Assembly: GCA_944391115.1 (NCBI GenBank)
Contig: CALXSJ010000011.1
Span: 26,143 to 90,142 of the forward strand
Origin: an uncultured Victivallales bacterium
GTDB taxonomy: Bacteria; Verrucomicrobiota; Lentisphaeria; Victivallales; UBA1829
Length of the DNA: 64,000 bases
Direction of reading: 5' to 3'
Under the pieces are notes generated by a model. That model saw only the letters and a program-made list of their open reading frames with translations, had not been told where the DNA came from and searched no databases. Of this stretch, positions 10,331-20,217 are shown in pieces (positions within the stretch are counted from its first letter, which is position 1; each line of letters begins with the position of its first letter). Made by a program: the position numbers and the translations under genes.

Positions 10331-13195
10331 ATGAAGAAATGGTTTGCAATTGCATTGAGCGGTTCGCTGGCGTTCTGCGCGGCGGCGGGAGATTTCCTGT
10401 TCCGGAACGGAGCGACCGACTGGACGATCGGCATTTCCCCGAAAGCCTCGAAAGCGGAGCGTTATGCCGCGGAGGAGCTGCAGACGACGCTGGAAAAGAT
10501 TTCCGGAGTGAAATTTCCCGTCCGGGAAGGGAGCAGTTTCGGGAAAAACACGATTGTGATCGGAACTCCCGCGACCTCTGCCGACGTCAAGGCGAAATCC
10601 GGAACTCTCAAGCTGAAGGATGGCAAACTGGAGGAGCTTGCCGTTTACACGCTGGACGGCAGGCTGTATCTGGCTGGCAGCAATCCCCGGGGCGCCCTGT
10701 ATGCGGTCTACTCTTTCCTGAAGAACCAGCTTGGCGTCCGCTGGTTCTGGCCGGGCGAAGAGGGGGAATTCATCACGAAAAAAACGGAATACAAACTGCC
10801 CGTCCTGAAATTCAATGACAAGCCGCAGTTCCGCTTCCGCGACATGAGCATCTGCTGCATGGGGCCGCATATGCCGACCGAAACCTGGATGGCGCGGAAT
10901 TTCATCAACATGGGCAACAAGGACCTTTCCCTCAGCGAAAAGTGCGGGTTTTACCTGAACGGCGGCGGCAACCATGACGTTGGGATTGACAAAAAGATGT
11001 TTGCGGCGCATCCGGAATATTTCGCCATGATCGAAGGCAAACGCCGGGAGAGCGGAATTTCCGGCTGCTGGTCGAATCCCGGATTTACAAAATATGTGCT
11101 GGACCGCCGTTTCAAGGGGCTGAAACGCTTGAAAGAACGCTTCGGGCAGGCGGAAATCATTGTCAACATGTTCCCGGCGGACGTGGTGCACCGCTGCGAA
11201 TGCGCGGAATGCACAAAGGAGCCCAATGCTTCCGCCCGCTGGTTCCTGTATCACGACAAGCTGGCGGAAGCGATCCGCAAGGTTTATCCGGATGTCCTGT
11301 TTGCGGGAATGGCCTATCAGGAATACCGCGACATCCCCGCCTGCGAGGTGAAGGGCATGGAATATGTGAGATACTGCCAGTACAACCGCTGCTACATCCA
11401 CAAGCTCAACGATCCGTCCTGCAAGATCAATCAGAAAACGATGGACGAGCTGAGACGCTGGGGAAAAAAGGCTCCCATGGGAATTTACGGATATCATTTC
11501 GACATCTTCGACCCGTATACCTATCCCATGTATCTGCCGTTCTGGAACATGCTGGCGGATGAGGCGAAGGTCTACCGCGACATGAAACTGCCCTACATCA
11601 AAACGGAAATGCCGATCCGTTTCCCGAAAGGGCAGAAGCGCGCTGACAATATGACGCAGAATTACCGCCTTGCCTATTATATGTATGCCCAGCTCATCTG
11701 GAATCCGGATGCCGACGTCAATGCCCTTCTGAAAGACTGGTGCGATCATGTCTACGGCGCGGGCAGCGCTCCGATGCTTGCCTACCATACGGAAATGGCG
11801 AAAAACTGGGATGCCATGCCGATGCATGTCACTTATGTCTTTTCACTGCCTGGGGGGATTGCCAAGAACCTGCTGAACGAAAAGGTGATCCGCTTTGCCC
11901 GGACGCAGTTCAAGGCGGCGGAGGAGGCGGTGAAAAAGGAGAAGGATTCCGCACTTGCCAAACGGCATGCCTCCGAGATCGCTCTGGAAAAAGAGCTGTT
12001 CGAAAAATGGGTGAAATGCTATGAGCTTGCAAAGGAAAACGCGGTGACCGCCACGATTCCGTTCCTGGAGGGGGACGACGCATTCGGCAGGCTGCACGCC
12101 TTTCCGATGAAAAGCCGGAAGGGGACGCATCAGCCCTCCGAGGTCCGGATCTACTGGAACGCCGACGCGCTTTACATTCAGGCGGTCTGCATGGAATCCG
12201 ATCCGAAGTCTCTGCGCATGGGGAAGGCCGGGCGTGACGATGTCAATCCCTGGCACAAGGACACCATCGAGCTGTTTCTGGATTTGAACGACGGCTCGCC
12301 GTACCGGCATATGGCGATGAATCTTGCGGGCGGAATCTATGACGCCATGGGGCTTGATACAACATGGAATCCCGTCTGGAAGGCGGTTCCGAAAATCGAA
12401 AAGGACCGCTGGAGCATGACGATCAAGCTCCCGTTCTCCTCCCTGGGCGTGAAACCGAAAGAGGGGGATCAGTGGAAGCTTGTCGTCATCCGGAACGGAA
12501 AGCCCGAATCCTGCGGCTATCCCATGGCGCTTCATCACAATGTGATGCAGGGGGCGACGCTTCTTTTCTCGGGGAATACGGATCCCGACCGCAATCTGGT
12601 CTGGTTTGATTATCCGGACAGCGGCGGCGGATACCGTCGTGTGGTGCTGCAGCTGAACAAACGCGGCTGGCAGTCGAAGGTGATCAAGCCGGGAGAAGCG
12701 GCAAATGCCGACATTTCCGGCGCGAAGATGATTGTGGTTGAGACATTGAAGAATTATCTCCCTGTGGCCCTGTACCGGGAAAAGATCATTCCCGCCGTCA
12801 AGGATGGGGCGATTCTGGTATTCAGCTGTTACTATTACATCGACAAGCTCCAGGACTATTTCCAGGATCCCACTTTCCGTGTCGGCTACAAGGACGATGT
12901 GACCAGGATCCGCCGTCCCACCTGGTTTACATCCTCGTCCCTTGCAACGGTCCCGAACAAGCTGAATACCAAAAATATGCTGACTCCACCGGGTGTTCTG
13001 TATCCGGCGAATCCGGAAAAATGGGAAGTCGTGGCGAAACAGACCGCAAAGTCGACCGGAAAGGAAACCCCGTATTATCTGCTCCGCCCCTATGGCAAGG
13101 GGATGGTGGTGGTCGGCGGCACCATCGGCCGGAATCTTCCTCTGCTGGAAAACCTGCTGGAATACAACAAGGTGATCCGGCGGGAGAAGGAATGA
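10331..13195 (+). CDS. secreted DUF4838-type glycoside-hydrolase-like protein with a CBM9-like module and a C-terminal GATase1-like domain
   Basis: AGGAG RBS. Signal peptide MKKWFAIALSGSLAFCAAAG. The N-terminus ...NGATDWTIGISPKASKAERYAAEELQTTLEKISGVKFPV is typical of DUF4838 proteins. The block ...ALYIQAVCMESDP...HKDTIELFLD...DRWSMTIKLPFSSLG is CBM9-like. Confidence 0.8.
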   Translation: MKKWFAIALSGSLAFCAAAGDFLFRNGATDWTIGISPKASKAERYAAEELQTTLEKISGVKFPVREGSSFGKNTIVIGTPATSADVKAKSGTLKLKDGKLEELAVYTLDGRLYLAGSNPRGALYAVYSFLKNQLGVRWFWPGEEGEFITKKTEYKLPVLKFNDKPQFRFRDMSICCMGPHMPTETWMARNFINMGNKDLSLSEKCGFYLNGGGNHDVGIDKKMFAAHPEYFAMIEGKRRESGISGCWSNPGFTKYVLDRRFKGLKRLKERFGQAEIIVNMFPADVVHRCECAECTKEPNASARWFLYHDKLAEAIRKVYPDVLFAGMAYQEYRDIPACEVKGMEYVRYCQYNRCYIHKLNDPSCKINQKTMDELRRWGKKAPMGIYGYHFDIFDPYTYPMYLPFWNMLADEAKVYRDMKLPYIKTEMPIRFPKGQKRADNMTQNYRLAYYMYAQLIWNPDADVNALLKDWCDHVYGAGSAPMLAYHTEMAKNWDAMPMHVTYVFSLPGGIAKNLLNEKVIRFARTQFKAAEEAVKKEKDSALAKRHASEIALEKELFEKWVKCYELAKENAVTATIPFLEGDDAFGRLHAFPMKSRKGTHQPSEVRIYWNADALYIQAVCMESDPKSLRMGKAGRDDVNPWHKDTIELFLDLNDGSPYRHMAMNLAGGIYDAMGLDTTWNPVWKAVPKIEKDRWSMTIKLPFSSLGVKPKEGDQWKLVVIRNGKPESCGYPMALHHNVMQGATLLFSGNTDPDRNLVWFDYPDSGGGYRRVVLQLNKRGWQSKVIKPGEAANADISGAKMIVVETLKNYLPVALYREKIIPAVKDGAILVFSCYYYIDKLQDYFQDPTFRVGYKDDVTRIRRPTWFTSSSLATVPNKLNTKNMLTPPGVLYPANPEKWEVVAKQTAKSTGKETPYYLLRPYGKGMVVVGGTIGRNLPLLENLLEYNKVIRREKE

Positions 13196-13199
13196 GACG

Positions 13200-14534
13200 A
13201 TGCTCGAACGCCGGATGAATCACTGGAAGCCGCGCGGCAACTGTTTTGCCGGAGACTGCATGCCGTTTTACCGGGACGGAGTATTTCATCTGTATTATCT
13301 CCTGGATGTCGGGCATCACCGGCATCCGATTGCCGGAACGCTCGGCGGTCACCAGTATGCGCACGCGACCAGTTCCGATCTCGTCACATGGCGCCATGAA
13401 AAGCTGGCGCTCACGCTGGATTTCGAGAACGGGGAATGCAGTAACTGCACCGGTTCCATTCTGGAATACCGGGGAAGCATCTACGCCTTTTACGCCCTTC
13501 GTTCCAGATATTTTCCGGGAGAGGCCATCCGGATTGCGGTCAGCACGGATGGCGGCTTTACATTCCGTCCGTGGCGTCTGCCGGAGCTGCCCGCGCCGCC
13601 GGACTCCAACGGCGCTTTCCGCGATCCGATGGCGTTCATCGGGGAGGACGGGCTGGTGCATCTCCTGATTTCCTCCGGCGCGAACGACCGTTCCGGAACT
13701 CATCCGGTCCGGCACGGGGAGGTTGCGCATTACACAACAGAGGATCTGATCCATTACAGACGGGAAGGGACCCTGATCCGTACCTGGTGCATCCCGGAAT
13801 GCTGTGATTATTTCCGCCTCGGCGGACTTTATTACTATACATACAATCTGGCGTGGGAGACGCATGCGCGCTGCTCGGAACATCCGTTCGGGCCGTGGCG
13901 CATTCCGCCGAACGACGTCCCCGCCTCCCGTTTCTGCGCCGTGATGAAGACGGCGCAGTGGAAGGACGGCAGACGCATCGGGGCGGGATGGGTTCCGACG
14001 ATGGAAAACGGTGTGCCCGTCTTCGGCGGGCGTCTGGCGTTCCGGGAGGTGATTCCGGAAAACGACGGATCGCTCGGCACGAAATTTGTCGATGAGATGC
14101 TGCCGGACCGGCCCGGGACGGCGCCGGACGCCGTCTCCCTGCGCGCGGAGAACGGCCTGGCATTGAAATCGGTCGGGATGTACCCGAATGCCTTCCGGCT
14201 GGACGGAACGATCTCCTTTGCGCCGGGAACGGAGGAATTCGGGCTGGCCGTCATGAGCCGCACGCAGGATTACCGCGCATACCTTGCGTTCCATCCGTCC
14301 GCCCGGACCGTTTCCATCGGGATGATGGCGCCGGAGACGACTATCCGCCGGGTCGCAATGGAGGAGGCGGGGGTTTCTTTCCGTCTCGTGCGGACCGGCG
14401 ATGTCTTCGATCTGGAGATCGACGGCAGACGGACGATCGTTTCTTCGCTGTTTGATTCCCCGGACAGCCTTGTCTCCTTCTATGCAAGCGGGGGCGCGGC
14501 GGAATTCCGCGATCTGAAGCTCTTTACGTGGTGA
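13200..14534 (+). CDS. cytoplasmic GH32-like (clan GH-J) five-bladed propeller glycosidase, beta-fructosidase-like
   Basis: RDP block FRDPMAF and EC block IPECCDYF are present. The nucleophile block reads CFAGDCMPFYRDGVFHLYYL instead of WMNDPNG. No signal peptide. Starts 4 nt after the upstream stop. Confidence 0.75.
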   Translation: MLERRMNHWKPRGNCFAGDCMPFYRDGVFHLYYLLDVGHHRHPIAGTLGGHQYAHATSSDLVTWRHEKLALTLDFENGECSNCTGSILEYRGSIYAFYALRSRYFPGEAIRIAVSTDGGFTFRPWRLPELPAPPDSNGAFRDPMAFIGEDGLVHLLISSGANDRSGTHPVRHGEVAHYTTEDLIHYRREGTLIRTWCIPECCDYFRLGGLYYYTYNLAWETHARCSEHPFGPWRIPPNDVPASRFCAVMKTAQWKDGRRIGAGWVPTMENGVPVFGGRLAFREVIPENDGSLGTKFVDEMLPDRPGTAPDAVSLRAENGLALKSVGMYPNAFRLDGTISFAPGTEEFGLAVMSRTQDYRAYLAFHPSARTVSIGMMAPETTIRRVAMEEAGVSFRLVRTGDVFDLEIDGRRTIVSSLFDSPDSLVSFYASGGAAEFRDLKLFTW

Positions 14535-14566
14535 CGGAACAAAATCTTGCAGCTGGAGTTTGCGGA

Positions 14567-15925
14567 ATGTCTTTTGTCCTCGGCATTGATCTCGGTACGA
14601 CCAAATCGGCCGCGGTGATTCTGGATACGGAAAATCTCCGCCCGGCGGCCGCCTCTTCCATGGAGCATCACGCCTCCGCAAATGTGCCTCCGCCCTGCGC
14701 GGAACAGGATCCCGTTTCCATCCTCGACACCGCGTTCCGGCTGATTGCCTCTTTTCCCGCGGAACTCCGTTCTTCGGTCGCCGCCGTCGGCGTGACTGGG
14801 CAGATGCACTCCGTGATGGGGTGGAACCGGGATGGGGAGGTTTTCCCGCTGATTACCTGGCAGGACCGGCGGACCGGAGGAATGACGGAGTCTTTTTCCA
14901 GACGCGCCGGATGCGAACTGCACGAGGGATTCGGAGGCGCGACGCTGGCATATCTCGCCGGACAGGGCGCGCTTTCCTGCTGGGCCGGCGCCTCCGGAAT
15001 CGGCGATTACGCCGTCCGCTGCCTGACCGGAGGGCAGCTGAATGTGACGGATTTCACCCATGCCGCCTCATGGGGGCTGTACGATCCGGCCCGGCAGGAC
15101 TGGAACCGCCCCGCGCTTCGGGCTCTCGGCATTCCGGAAGGTCTTCTGCCGCTCCTCCGTCCCCCGGGATCGAAAGCCGGTGAACTGTCCGGCGGAATGG
15201 CGGAAAAACTCGGTCTGCCGGCGGGAATTCCCGTCATGGCCGCAATCGGCGACAATCAGGCTTCCATTCTGGACTGTGCGGAAGATCTTGACCGGGAGAT
15301 TTATCTGACAATCGGGACCGGTTCCCAGCTGTCGCTGGCCGTCCGCAGCGCGGAAGCGGAACGCTTTTCCGGAATTCCGGGTCTGGACCTGCGTCCGTTC
15401 CTGCCGGGATACACGCTGGCGGTTTCCGCCCCTCTCTGCGGAGGGCGCGCCTTTGCATGGCTGGGGGAGACGGTCAACGCATGGCTGGACGCCCTGGGAT
15501 TTGAAACGCTGCCGCTGAATGTTCTGCTGGACCGTCTGGACCGTCTGGGAATGGGCGGGGTGACGGACGGACTGCGCGTCTGTCCCAGCTTTCTCGGAGA
15601 GCGGCACGCGCCGGATCTGCGGGGATCCGTCAGCGGCATCACGCTGGAGAACTGCCGCCCCGCCGGAATGGTTGCGGCATTGGCGGAAGGAATCGTCCGG
15701 AATCTTGTGCAGGCGTTTCCCCGGGATGCCTTCGCCGGGCGGGAACGCGTCATCGGAAGCGGCAACGGGATCCGCCGCCTGCATACCCTCCAGATCGAGG
15801 TGGAACGACAACTCTCCATGAAACTGACGCTTCATGCCGGGCGGGAGGAAGCCGCATGCGGCTGTGCAAGGCTTGCGGGAAGACTGGTGACGGAATCGCG
15901 GATTTTTCCATCAAAGTCTCCGTGA
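14567..15925 (+). CDS. FGGY-family carbohydrate kinase
   Basis: MSFVLGIDLGTTKSAAVILD is an N-terminal ATPase phosphate-1 motif, and the length is typical of FGGY kinases. An alternative GTG at 14528 overlaps the GH32-like stop. Confidence 0.85.
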   Translation: MSFVLGIDLGTTKSAAVILDTENLRPAAASSMEHHASANVPPPCAEQDPVSILDTAFRLIASFPAELRSSVAAVGVTGQMHSVMGWNRDGEVFPLITWQDRRTGGMTESFSRRAGCELHEGFGGATLAYLAGQGALSCWAGASGIGDYAVRCLTGGQLNVTDFTHAASWGLYDPARQDWNRPALRALGIPEGLLPLLRPPGSKAGELSGGMAEKLGLPAGIPVMAAIGDNQASILDCAEDLDREIYLTIGTGSQLSLAVRSAEAERFSGIPGLDLRPFLPGYTLAVSAPLCGGRAFAWLGETVNAWLDALGFETLPLNVLLDRLDRLGMGGVTDGLRVCPSFLGERHAPDLRGSVSGITLENCRPAGMVAALAEGIVRNLVQAFPRDAFAGRERVIGSGNGIRRLHTLQIEVERQLSMKLTLHAGREEAACGCARLAGRLVTESRIFPSKSP

Positions 15926-18316
15926 CGCGATCCGGAATTCAGAACGGCCGGAAGGCAGGGGGAAGCTCTGCCCGTTTCTGCGGAATTCCCCGCGGAGCGG
16001 TTCCGGCAGACGAATCTCCCATTTTTCCGAATCCGGAGAAATGGCGAATTCCACGGCAATCTCGCCCGCGGGATGCGGAATTTTCCCCTTTGCAAAGCGC
16101 AGACTGCCGGGTTCCGGCTGAATGAGGACGGAATGAAATCCACTGCTTCCGGGACGGATTCCCAGAATTCCCGCAAGGAAATGATAGAGCGGATGGGCGC
16201 TCCACGCATGACAGTCGGAGCGGCTCGGTTCCGGGGATTCAAACACGGTAAATGGTTCCGACTTCAGCATGTCGAACCACAGGTTCATGCGTTCCATGAA
16301 ACGGTCCATGCGGTGCAGGCGGACGCAGGTTTCCAGATAGTAGAAACTGAAATAGACGGTGGATTCGGTCAGCGGGACTTTCCGGCTGAAAAGAGCCTCC
16401 CGCACCGTGTCCGCGGTCCGGGGCGGAAGGAATCCGCTCAGCAGCGCGAGGCACTGGCCGTGTTCCGAATACGAGGCGCCGCCGGCAATATCCGAAAACA
16501 GGCCGGTCTCCGGATGATGGAACATCCGCACAAGCGTATCGGCAAGTTCGCGCCCGAGCCTGCGGTAGCGTTCCGCCAGCTCATGTTCCCCCATCCATGC
16601 ATGGGCTTCCGCCATCTGGCCGAGCGCATAGGCATAGGTCCAGTTGACGATTCCGGAGACATGATCGCCGGATTCCGGCGGGCTTCCCGCGCGGAGGGCG
16701 GGATCCGCCCATTCCTCCCGGACCCAGTCTGTGAAGCACCACGCGTCCGGGAACGCGATCAGTCCGTCGGAACGGCGGCAGGCTTCCAGCGCATCCATGG
16801 AACCGCGGGCGGCAGGCATGATTTCCCTCAGAAACGCCGGGTCTCCCGCATATTTCACATAGTCGTTCACAATGCCGGCGAACAGCATGGTAAAGGTGGG
16901 AATCGAGAGCATGGCGGAAGCGGGGAAGCGGCTGGCCAGCAGTCCGTTCGGGAGACGGCCGGCGAGCATGAGGCGGATGGATTTTTCCGCCAGTCTCCGG
17001 TCCCGGTTCAGATTGTAGTTCAGAAGGAGCTGGAGCCGGGTGTCCCCCAGATACATCATCTGCTCGTAGTACGGGCAGTCCATGTAGGTGTCGTGCATGC
17101 ACATCTGAAGCGTTCTCGCCATTGGTCCGACACAGCGGTTCAGGCGGCAGTCGTCCGATTCGAACGCCGCTTCCACCGCCATCGGATAGCGGAATTCCCT
17201 CAAGGTGAACTTTCTGACGGTCAGAGGCGTATCGGCAGTCCGGATAAGAAGTTCGACAAAAACGCCCGCCCGGTACCAGGGCGCATAAAGAACCTGGTTT
17301 TCTCCGCCGCCGCAGAGCAACGTGTCGGAGTGTCCGGTGAAATAGCGGTTGCGGTATTCCTTCCGGTTTCCCTTCTTCCTGAAATCCCTGTCGAGATAAA
17401 GCGCCTCAGCCCAGCGGACGGAAACTTCGGCGCCCCTGCCGCCGGAACAGGCCAGCACGGGAAATCCGCAGTAGTAGTCATCCAGCCTCATCAGAATTTT
17501 CAGAGTGGCATGCGCATCCACGGAGAAGGATCCGCGTGCGATATTGCGCTGCCACTCTCCGAGCTTTTCCGGAAGCATTTTTCCTGCATCATGGAAAGCG
17601 TCCCGGTCGGAAGAGACATAAACCACCTCTGGCGGCGGAATTTCATCGGTGCACGGGGAGGGCAGGCGCGCCGGCGACAGATAATGATCCGTCCGGAAAA
17701 CGATGCCCGGATCGGATTTATGCCCCCAGCTGAGTTCCAGCGGCGTGTTCCAGTCTGCTCCTTCTCCGGAAATCACGTTTTCCGGAAAGAGCGCATAGTC
17801 GATTCTGTTCTCGGGGCCGACCTCCCAGATCGCGCATTTTTCAAGCGTCACACCGGGCAGAATTTTTCCCTGCCAGTTCACGGAATTCGTATCCAGATAC
17901 GCGGAGGCTTCTCCCTCCGCGCCGAGAATGAAGCCGTTTTTCCAGCATATTTTCGCGGAAGGGGCGAAGGGGCCGAAGCACCATGTCAGCGCGCAGAAGA
18001 CATGATCCCCCGCGGAGAGATTCAAATCCAGTGTGTCGAAACAGTAACGGTCCAGCGTGCCCGCCTCCGGTCCGCGCAGCAGTTCCTCCCCGTCCAGAAA
18101 AAGCAGATATACCGCGTCTCCGGAGACATGGATCCGGACCGGGAGCTCCCTGTCGAGATGAAAGCGGTTGCGGTATGCCGAGAGATGCGGATCCTGTTCT
18201 TCCGTATTGGCTATCCACTTCGCATGCCAGAAGCCGCGTTTTGCCCAGAGCGCCTCATAGGACGAACCGCAACCTTCCGTAAAAAAGGGAGTATAGTCGA
18301 TCAGTGTCTTCCGCAT
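15911..18316 (-). CDS. GH78-like (six-hairpin) alpha-L-rhamnosidase family protein
   Basis: The MDCPYYEQMMYLGDTRLQ block and overall length fit bacterial alpha-L-rhamnosidase-like proteins. Start chosen at MRKTLIDY (ATG at 18316). The longer ORF-track start at 18466 runs into AT-rich promoter-like sequence. The 3' end overlaps the kinase 3' end by 15 nt (convergent genes). Confidence 0.75.
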   Translation of the reverse strand: MRKTLIDYTPFFTEGCGSSYEALWAKRGFWHAKWIANTEEQDPHLSAYRNRFHLDRELPVRIHVSGDAVYLLFLDGEELLRGPEAGTLDRYCFDTLDLNLSAGDHVFCALTWCFGPFAPSAKICWKNGFILGAEGEASAYLDTNSVNWQGKILPGVTLEKCAIWEVGPENRIDYALFPENVISGEGADWNTPLELSWGHKSDPGIVFRTDHYLSPARLPSPCTDEIPPPEVVYVSSDRDAFHDAGKMLPEKLGEWQRNIARGSFSVDAHATLKILMRLDDYYCGFPVLACSGGRGAEVSVRWAEALYLDRDFRKKGNRKEYRNRYFTGHSDTLLCGGGENQVLYAPWYRAGVFVELLIRTADTPLTVRKFTLREFRYPMAVEAAFESDDCRLNRCVGPMARTLQMCMHDTYMDCPYYEQMMYLGDTRLQLLLNYNLNRDRRLAEKSIRLMLAGRLPNGLLASRFPASAMLSIPTFTMLFAGIVNDYVKYAGDPAFLREIMPAARGSMDALEACRRSDGLIAFPDAWCFTDWVREEWADPALRAGSPPESGDHVSGIVNWTYAYALGQMAEAHAWMGEHELAERYRRLGRELADTLVRMFHHPETGLFSDIAGGASYSEHGQCLALLSGFLPPRTADTVREALFSRKVPLTESTVYFSFYYLETCVRLHRMDRFMERMNLWFDMLKSEPFTVFESPEPSRSDCHAWSAHPLYHFLAGILGIRPGSSGFHSVLIQPEPGSLRFAKGKIPHPAGEIAVEFAISPDSEKWEIRLPEPLRGEFRRNGQSFPLPSGRSEFRIASRRL

Positions 18317-18469
18317 TATGGCTGGAGTTCCATTTCCTTTGGATTTTCTGCCGGAAAAATTCCCGGCGCCTCTGCTTTGTTTCTTGCATGGAACCAATAT
18401 ATCCTGCTTTTCAGAAATATCCATTGCCGGAATCCGCAAACACATTTCCTTTTCCGGCAAAAACATTCC

Positions 18470-18774
18470 GGGGGGAGAAGATTCCGCATAAATAAGAGGA
18501 TTTTTTTCATAAAAATACGAAATCTGGCTTTTTTTGCATAAAAAGTGTTTTTTTTACGAATCAGTAGGCATCTGCTCTTTGATGGAGTCTGCCTGTCCAT
18601 AAGGATTTTTCCGCAGGGTGTTTCCCAGGGGGGAGGAATTTTTTCTTCTGGCAGGGACCGGATTCATCGTGATGATTCAGCTCGGATATTTTCCGGGGGG
18701 GAGCTGAGGCAGGCGACTGCGGGGGGGATGAGTCCGGGGAAAAGATTCCGCGCCGGGAATAAAATGTCGGGGGG
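18470..18774 (+). repeat. cluster of five homopolymeric G6-G7 tracts in the GH78-upstream intergenic region
   Basis: G runs at 18470-18475, 18628-18633, 18695-18701, 18721-18727 and 18769-18774, counted directly in the sequence. Confidence 0.8.
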
Positions 18775-18852
18775 CTTTTATTTCCGGCGTTTTTTTTGTC
18801 CAGTTTCAGGAGGGACGGATACAGGAGTATTCCGGAATGCGGGAGTGTTTTT

Positions 18853-20217
18853 TCAGAGCCGCACGCCGATTTCGGATGCCGCCCGGCGCAGAGCCGCACG
18901 GTCGCGCGTGTCTGTCAGACTCTTGTCTAGCATCTGGAAGACCCGCTGACGCACGTCGGCTGGCATCTTCTGCAGAAGTTCGCATCCGATTTTGCGCACG
19001 CGTTTCATGTAGGCTTCCGAGATTTTCCTGGACGGCGGCGTATAGGTGGCCAGCGACAGCGCCGCGATGATGGCGGCCTCGCGGTCCCGCGATGTGAGGA
19101 GCTGACGGGTGAATTCCGCGATCCGTCTGCGTTCCGCCGCTTCCATGGCGCTTTCGGAGATCAGCGTCGTATCGTCAAACGTGACAAAGATCGGCGTGTC
19201 CGGCGTGTCCCCTTTGCGCATGACGCGGAACATGATGTGATTTGCCGAGTCATATTCCGGGATGCTTGTTTTGCCTTCTCCGAATTCCCGCAGGGCCGCC
19301 GCCACGAGGGAATACTGCTGGAAGGAACGGGGGCGCGAGGCGAGTTTCCGAAGTTCGGGCAGAATCTCTTTCCCCTTCTTTTTCCGGCGGAAGATATTCA
19401 AGGCATCCTCGGTGAACATGGGAATGCGCATTACGGTGAGATAAAATCTGTCCGGGGCGTCGCAGGGTTCCGTCAGGAGGCGTCCGATGGCGGCTTCGGC
19501 GACTTTCCGTTTTTTGGAATAGGCGAATTTCATCAGGGCGGCCAGCGCTTTCTGCCCGCCCGCGAGCTTCAGGGCGAAGAGATGCGGCAGCGGGGCGGCG
19601 GACGGATTCTTCCCGTGTTCCTCCTCCCATTCGGCGACCGCACGCAGAATGTAAGGAACGGCTGCGTCCCCCCTGCCGCGGAAATACTCCACGGCGACGC
19701 GGGAGGAATACAGCTGGAAATCCTCTTCGTTCAATGCGTCCGCCATTTTCCGCATCATATCCTCGCCGCCCGCGAGTTTCAGGGTTTCCTTCAGGAAATT
19801 CAGGCGTCCGATATCGGTTTTCGCATACCAGTGACATCCGCGGCCCGTGCCGAGATACATCTCATACTGCTCCAGATCGTTCGGATTGCTTTCCCAGTCG
19901 AGGTCCTCCAGCAGGGAGGCCGCGTTTTTCCCCCGCAGACCCGGATCATCCTGCGGCAGCAGGTAGATGAGAAGCATTCCTTTTGCGCGCCGGTTGGTTT
20001 TCGCGTCTTTCCGCACGGCGATTTCCCGGGTGAACACCATGCGCCATGCCGTTGCCGCGGGATATTTTTTGAGGCGGACGGGACGTGATTCCGCCCGTGT
20101 CCAGCCGGACAGGGCAAGTTCCACTTTTTTCAAGGTGTCCGAATCCGGCCGGAACACGTTTTGCGCCAGGGTGGAGAAACACAGGCCCAGAATCAGAATG
20201 TGCAGCAGGCTTTTCAT
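18853..20217 (-). CDS. secreted hypothetical protein, translationally coupled to dnaE
   Basis: Signal peptide MKSLLHILILGLCFSTLAQN. The ATG overlaps the dnaE stop (ATGA at 20214-20217). Helix-rich sequence; no family recognised. Confidence 0.7.
   Translation of the reverse strand: MKSLLHILILGLCFSTLAQNVFRPDSDTLKKVELALSGWTRAESRPVRLKKYPAATAWRMVFTREIAVRKDAKTNRRAKGMLLIYLLPQDDPGLRGKNAASLLEDLDWESNPNDLEQYEMYLGTGRGCHWYAKTDIGRLNFLKETLKLAGGEDMMRKMADALNEEDFQLYSSRVAVEYFRGRGDAAVPYILRAVAEWEEEHGKNPSAAPLPHLFALKLAGGQKALAALMKFAYSKKRKVAEAAIGRLLTEPCDAPDRFYLTVMRIPMFTEDALNIFRRKKKGKEILPELRKLASRPRSFQQYSLVAAALREFGEGKTSIPEYDSANHIMFRVMRKGDTPDTPIFVTFDDTTLISESAMEAAERRRIAEFTRQLLTSRDREAAIIAALSLATYTPPSRKISEAYMKRVRKIGCELLQKMPADVRQRVFQMLDKSLTDTRDRAALRRAASEIGVRL

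Noticed and set aside
16073-18541. 822-aa plus-strand ORF antisense to the GH78-like gene
   Set aside because: It is a codon-aligned shadow frame of the minus-strand gene, with a low-complexity, Arg/Gly-rich translation. The minus-strand product has the DCPYYEQ...GDTRLQ block.
18628-18774. Canonical G-quadruplex formed by the poly-G tracts
   Set aside because: The inter-tract spacings (about 61, 19 and 41 nt) are much longer than canonical G4 loops. I keep the tracts only as possible slippage or phase-variation sites.
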